Below are positions 62,101-64,000 of a stretch of 64,000 nt of DNA, one piece after another. Below the pieces are notes generated by a model. That model saw only the letters and a list, made by a program, of their open reading frames with translations. It made no database searches and had not been told where the DNA came from. Position 1 is the first letter of the stretch; each line of letters begins with the position of its first letter. Origin of the DNA: Lepidodermella squamata (lineage: Eukaryota; Animalia; Gastrotricha); the NCBI GenBank assembly GCA_047495785.1, contig JBLDXI010000001.1, positions 3,906,001 through 3,970,000 of the forward strand. The letters are read 5' to 3'. The position numbers were made by a program, and so were the translations under genes.

Positions 62101-64000
62101 TTATCGCTTGATGCTTCCCGCATCGCTGTTTGTCTGGCTGAGCTGGGAATGATGGCGACGTTTGATGTAAACAACAGCTGGCGATTTGCCACTGTTACTT
62201 CCATCCGTATTGCCGGAGCTTTCTTTCGAAGACGCACTTTTCATGCCTTCTTTTGACGGGAAAGCAGGATCTGAAATCTCGGGTAACGGCTGGAGGGTAG
62301 CTTCCGTTAGCCGACCTGTAGTTAGATTCATCGAATTGCCGAGGTCAGCTGTAAAGCCGTCCAACACAACCTGGCCGCATAAGAAGTTGGCACATTCTGC
62401 TTCTTGGCTGATAAACTCATAGGTGTGCTGCAGATGAGTCCGAGTAGCTCGCTTTTCTTCTAGGTTAGCCTCTATACGGTCAGCAAGAGCTTGCATGTGG
62501 TCGATTTGACGCACAAGGAACGGCATGACCATGCAAGATTCTTCCAAATCTTCGATTGAAATGTTTCTGCAAAATTTACATAAAAGAGATGCTTTATTAT
62601 TACTACCTATTATTGCGAATTACAAGTTGGGGTGGGTGTATGCATCAGAAAAGCAATGAATTCAAAAGGTAAAAAATATGCGCTTTGATCTTGAAAGAGT
62701 CTTAGGTAACAGGGTTAATAGTGATCGTTGGATTTTCAAGCGGATTTTTCATGCAACCTTGTATTTTGTTTGGCCAAAGTGACCCGCGATCCTGCTTTTA
62801 ATGAAACCCCTTTTTATCTCATAAGGCGTTAGGTTCTATGTTCTGTGAAAGCAGTTGGCAGGTTCAAACTTACTGAAAGTAGTTCAGAAATTTCTGCTTC
62901 TTCTTTGCAAACGCAATTTCCCGATGGCACACTTGCGAAATTGTTAGAGGATCTTGAGTAGCGATAGCTTCTGATGCTGCTGAGGGTAGCGCTTCATCCA
63001 ATGGCGATGGTGGCTTTGGAGTGTTTGAAAGTTGCAGAGGGGGCAGCACTACTGCGGGCCTATGGTGATTCCTTACTCTCGCCCCTTTCTCAACACTTAA
63101 GATCTCAGTTTCAATCGCTTTGATACGACGCTTAACATTCACGACTGATTCTGTCAAACCAGTGGCTATTGCGGTAGATTCCTCAATAGACTCATGAAGC
63201 TGGAACAGTGGCTGAAGGGCGTTGGCTGCATCGCTTAGATTCATGTCAACCGCCGCCAATTCATCAACTATCACCTCTAATCTCTGTTTGAGCAAAGTTT
63301 GGCAGGTCAACAACCGTTGTAAGCGAGCGGAGTCTTTTTCAACATTCGCCTTTCCACTGTCCAGCTGTTCGTCGATATGCTGCTGCAGCCAATCGCCGGC
63401 GATTTTACAGCATTTCAATATCCGATTTACAGTAACGACCATTTTCGGGAGGTATTGATGACAGTTCCTCTCGGTAAGAGGCTGATCGTGACGATGCCAC
63501 AATTCATGCTCGCTAGCCGCTAGTAGTTCAGATAAAGAATTGCAGAAAACTTGGTTTGAGGCGAAAAGATGAGTTATTAAAAGCAGTTCAGGTACTTCCA
63601 CCACCGCTGATTTCAAAGAGTGATAGACTCGATGTAGATCAATCACCTGCGGGGCGTCACTTTTTGTTGCATTTTGCTTCAGAGATAGCGAAGCTGATAG
63701 AGGTGCTTGTCTTTGCTTCATTTCCGGCAGCGATGTCATCGGTGCCAGCAATCTAGCCCGGAAACCTGAGCACAAACCTCGAAGGTATTCGTTCATTTTG
63801 GCAAGCCATCGATACAATCGATCAGCTTGTTTCACCTGTCGATGTTCATCAGTTTGCTGAGATAACTCGGCCAAAACCTGCTCGATTTTCTTCTCGAAAG
63901 CCTTCAGAGATTCAAGCAATTTCGCAGGGGAGTTGACCGAGATTGAAGATGCTGTTGAAATATCCGAATTCGCTCCAACAGAACGCTCAGGCATTAAATC
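62101..64000 (-). CDS. Uncharacterised alpha-helical/coiled-coil protein, 3' part (frame open at window edge)
   Basis: Exon >64000-62874, phase-2 GT-AG intron, exon 62566-62101 joined in frame. Heptad-rich helical segments. AATAAA on the minus strand at ~62032. Confidence 0.7.

Noticed and set aside
86-64000. Numerous antisense or overlapping ORFs in the track (e.g. 86-511, 9071-9541, 23011-23430, 42152-42646, 54450-54866, 59102-59602)
   Set aside because: They are shadows of real coding exons with no independent motifs.
1-64000. Non-canonical introns, recoding or selenoprotein signals, prokaryotic systems
   Set aside because: All introns I could resolve are GT-AG, and all gene models close with the standard code. 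No in-frame TGA in conserved positions and no prokaryotic operon or CRISPR structure was seen.

Overview
Eukaryotic, gene-dense invertebrate (probably protostome) genomic DNA with GT-AG introns, many only about 45-55 nt long. It holds about 18 protein genes. From left to right: a head-to-head pair of nicotinic acetylcholine receptor subunits (a non-alpha/beta1-like subunit, and an alpha subunit with an unusual Trp at pore position 13'); a secreted 7x sushi/CCP protein tail-to-tail with the alpha subunit; B3GALT6 and a divergent threonine-dehydrogenase-like SDR sharing a 115-bp bidirectional spacer; an intronless secreted PQQ-like beta-propeller; three tandem secreted LamG/ConA-like + 4xEGF paralogs with divergent heads and homogenised tails; a clan-2 CYP; an intronless tail-less GABA-B-like class C GPCR; a secreted triple PAN/apple-like protein; YPEL5; two tandem hormone-sensitive lipase paralogs; an aldo-keto reductase; a 15-exon KIF21; tRNA-Trp(CCA); and a partial coiled-coil gene. 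Mobile DNA includes at least three MITE types and a decayed LINE ORF1 (triple zinc knuckle). The most interesting candidates are a possible cholinergic module (nAChR alpha/beta plus a LEV-9/Hig-like CCP protein with a C-terminal GRR site) and the variable-head/constant-stalk LamG-EGF cluster. Exon boundaries were read by eye and may be off by a few nt. No database searches were run.
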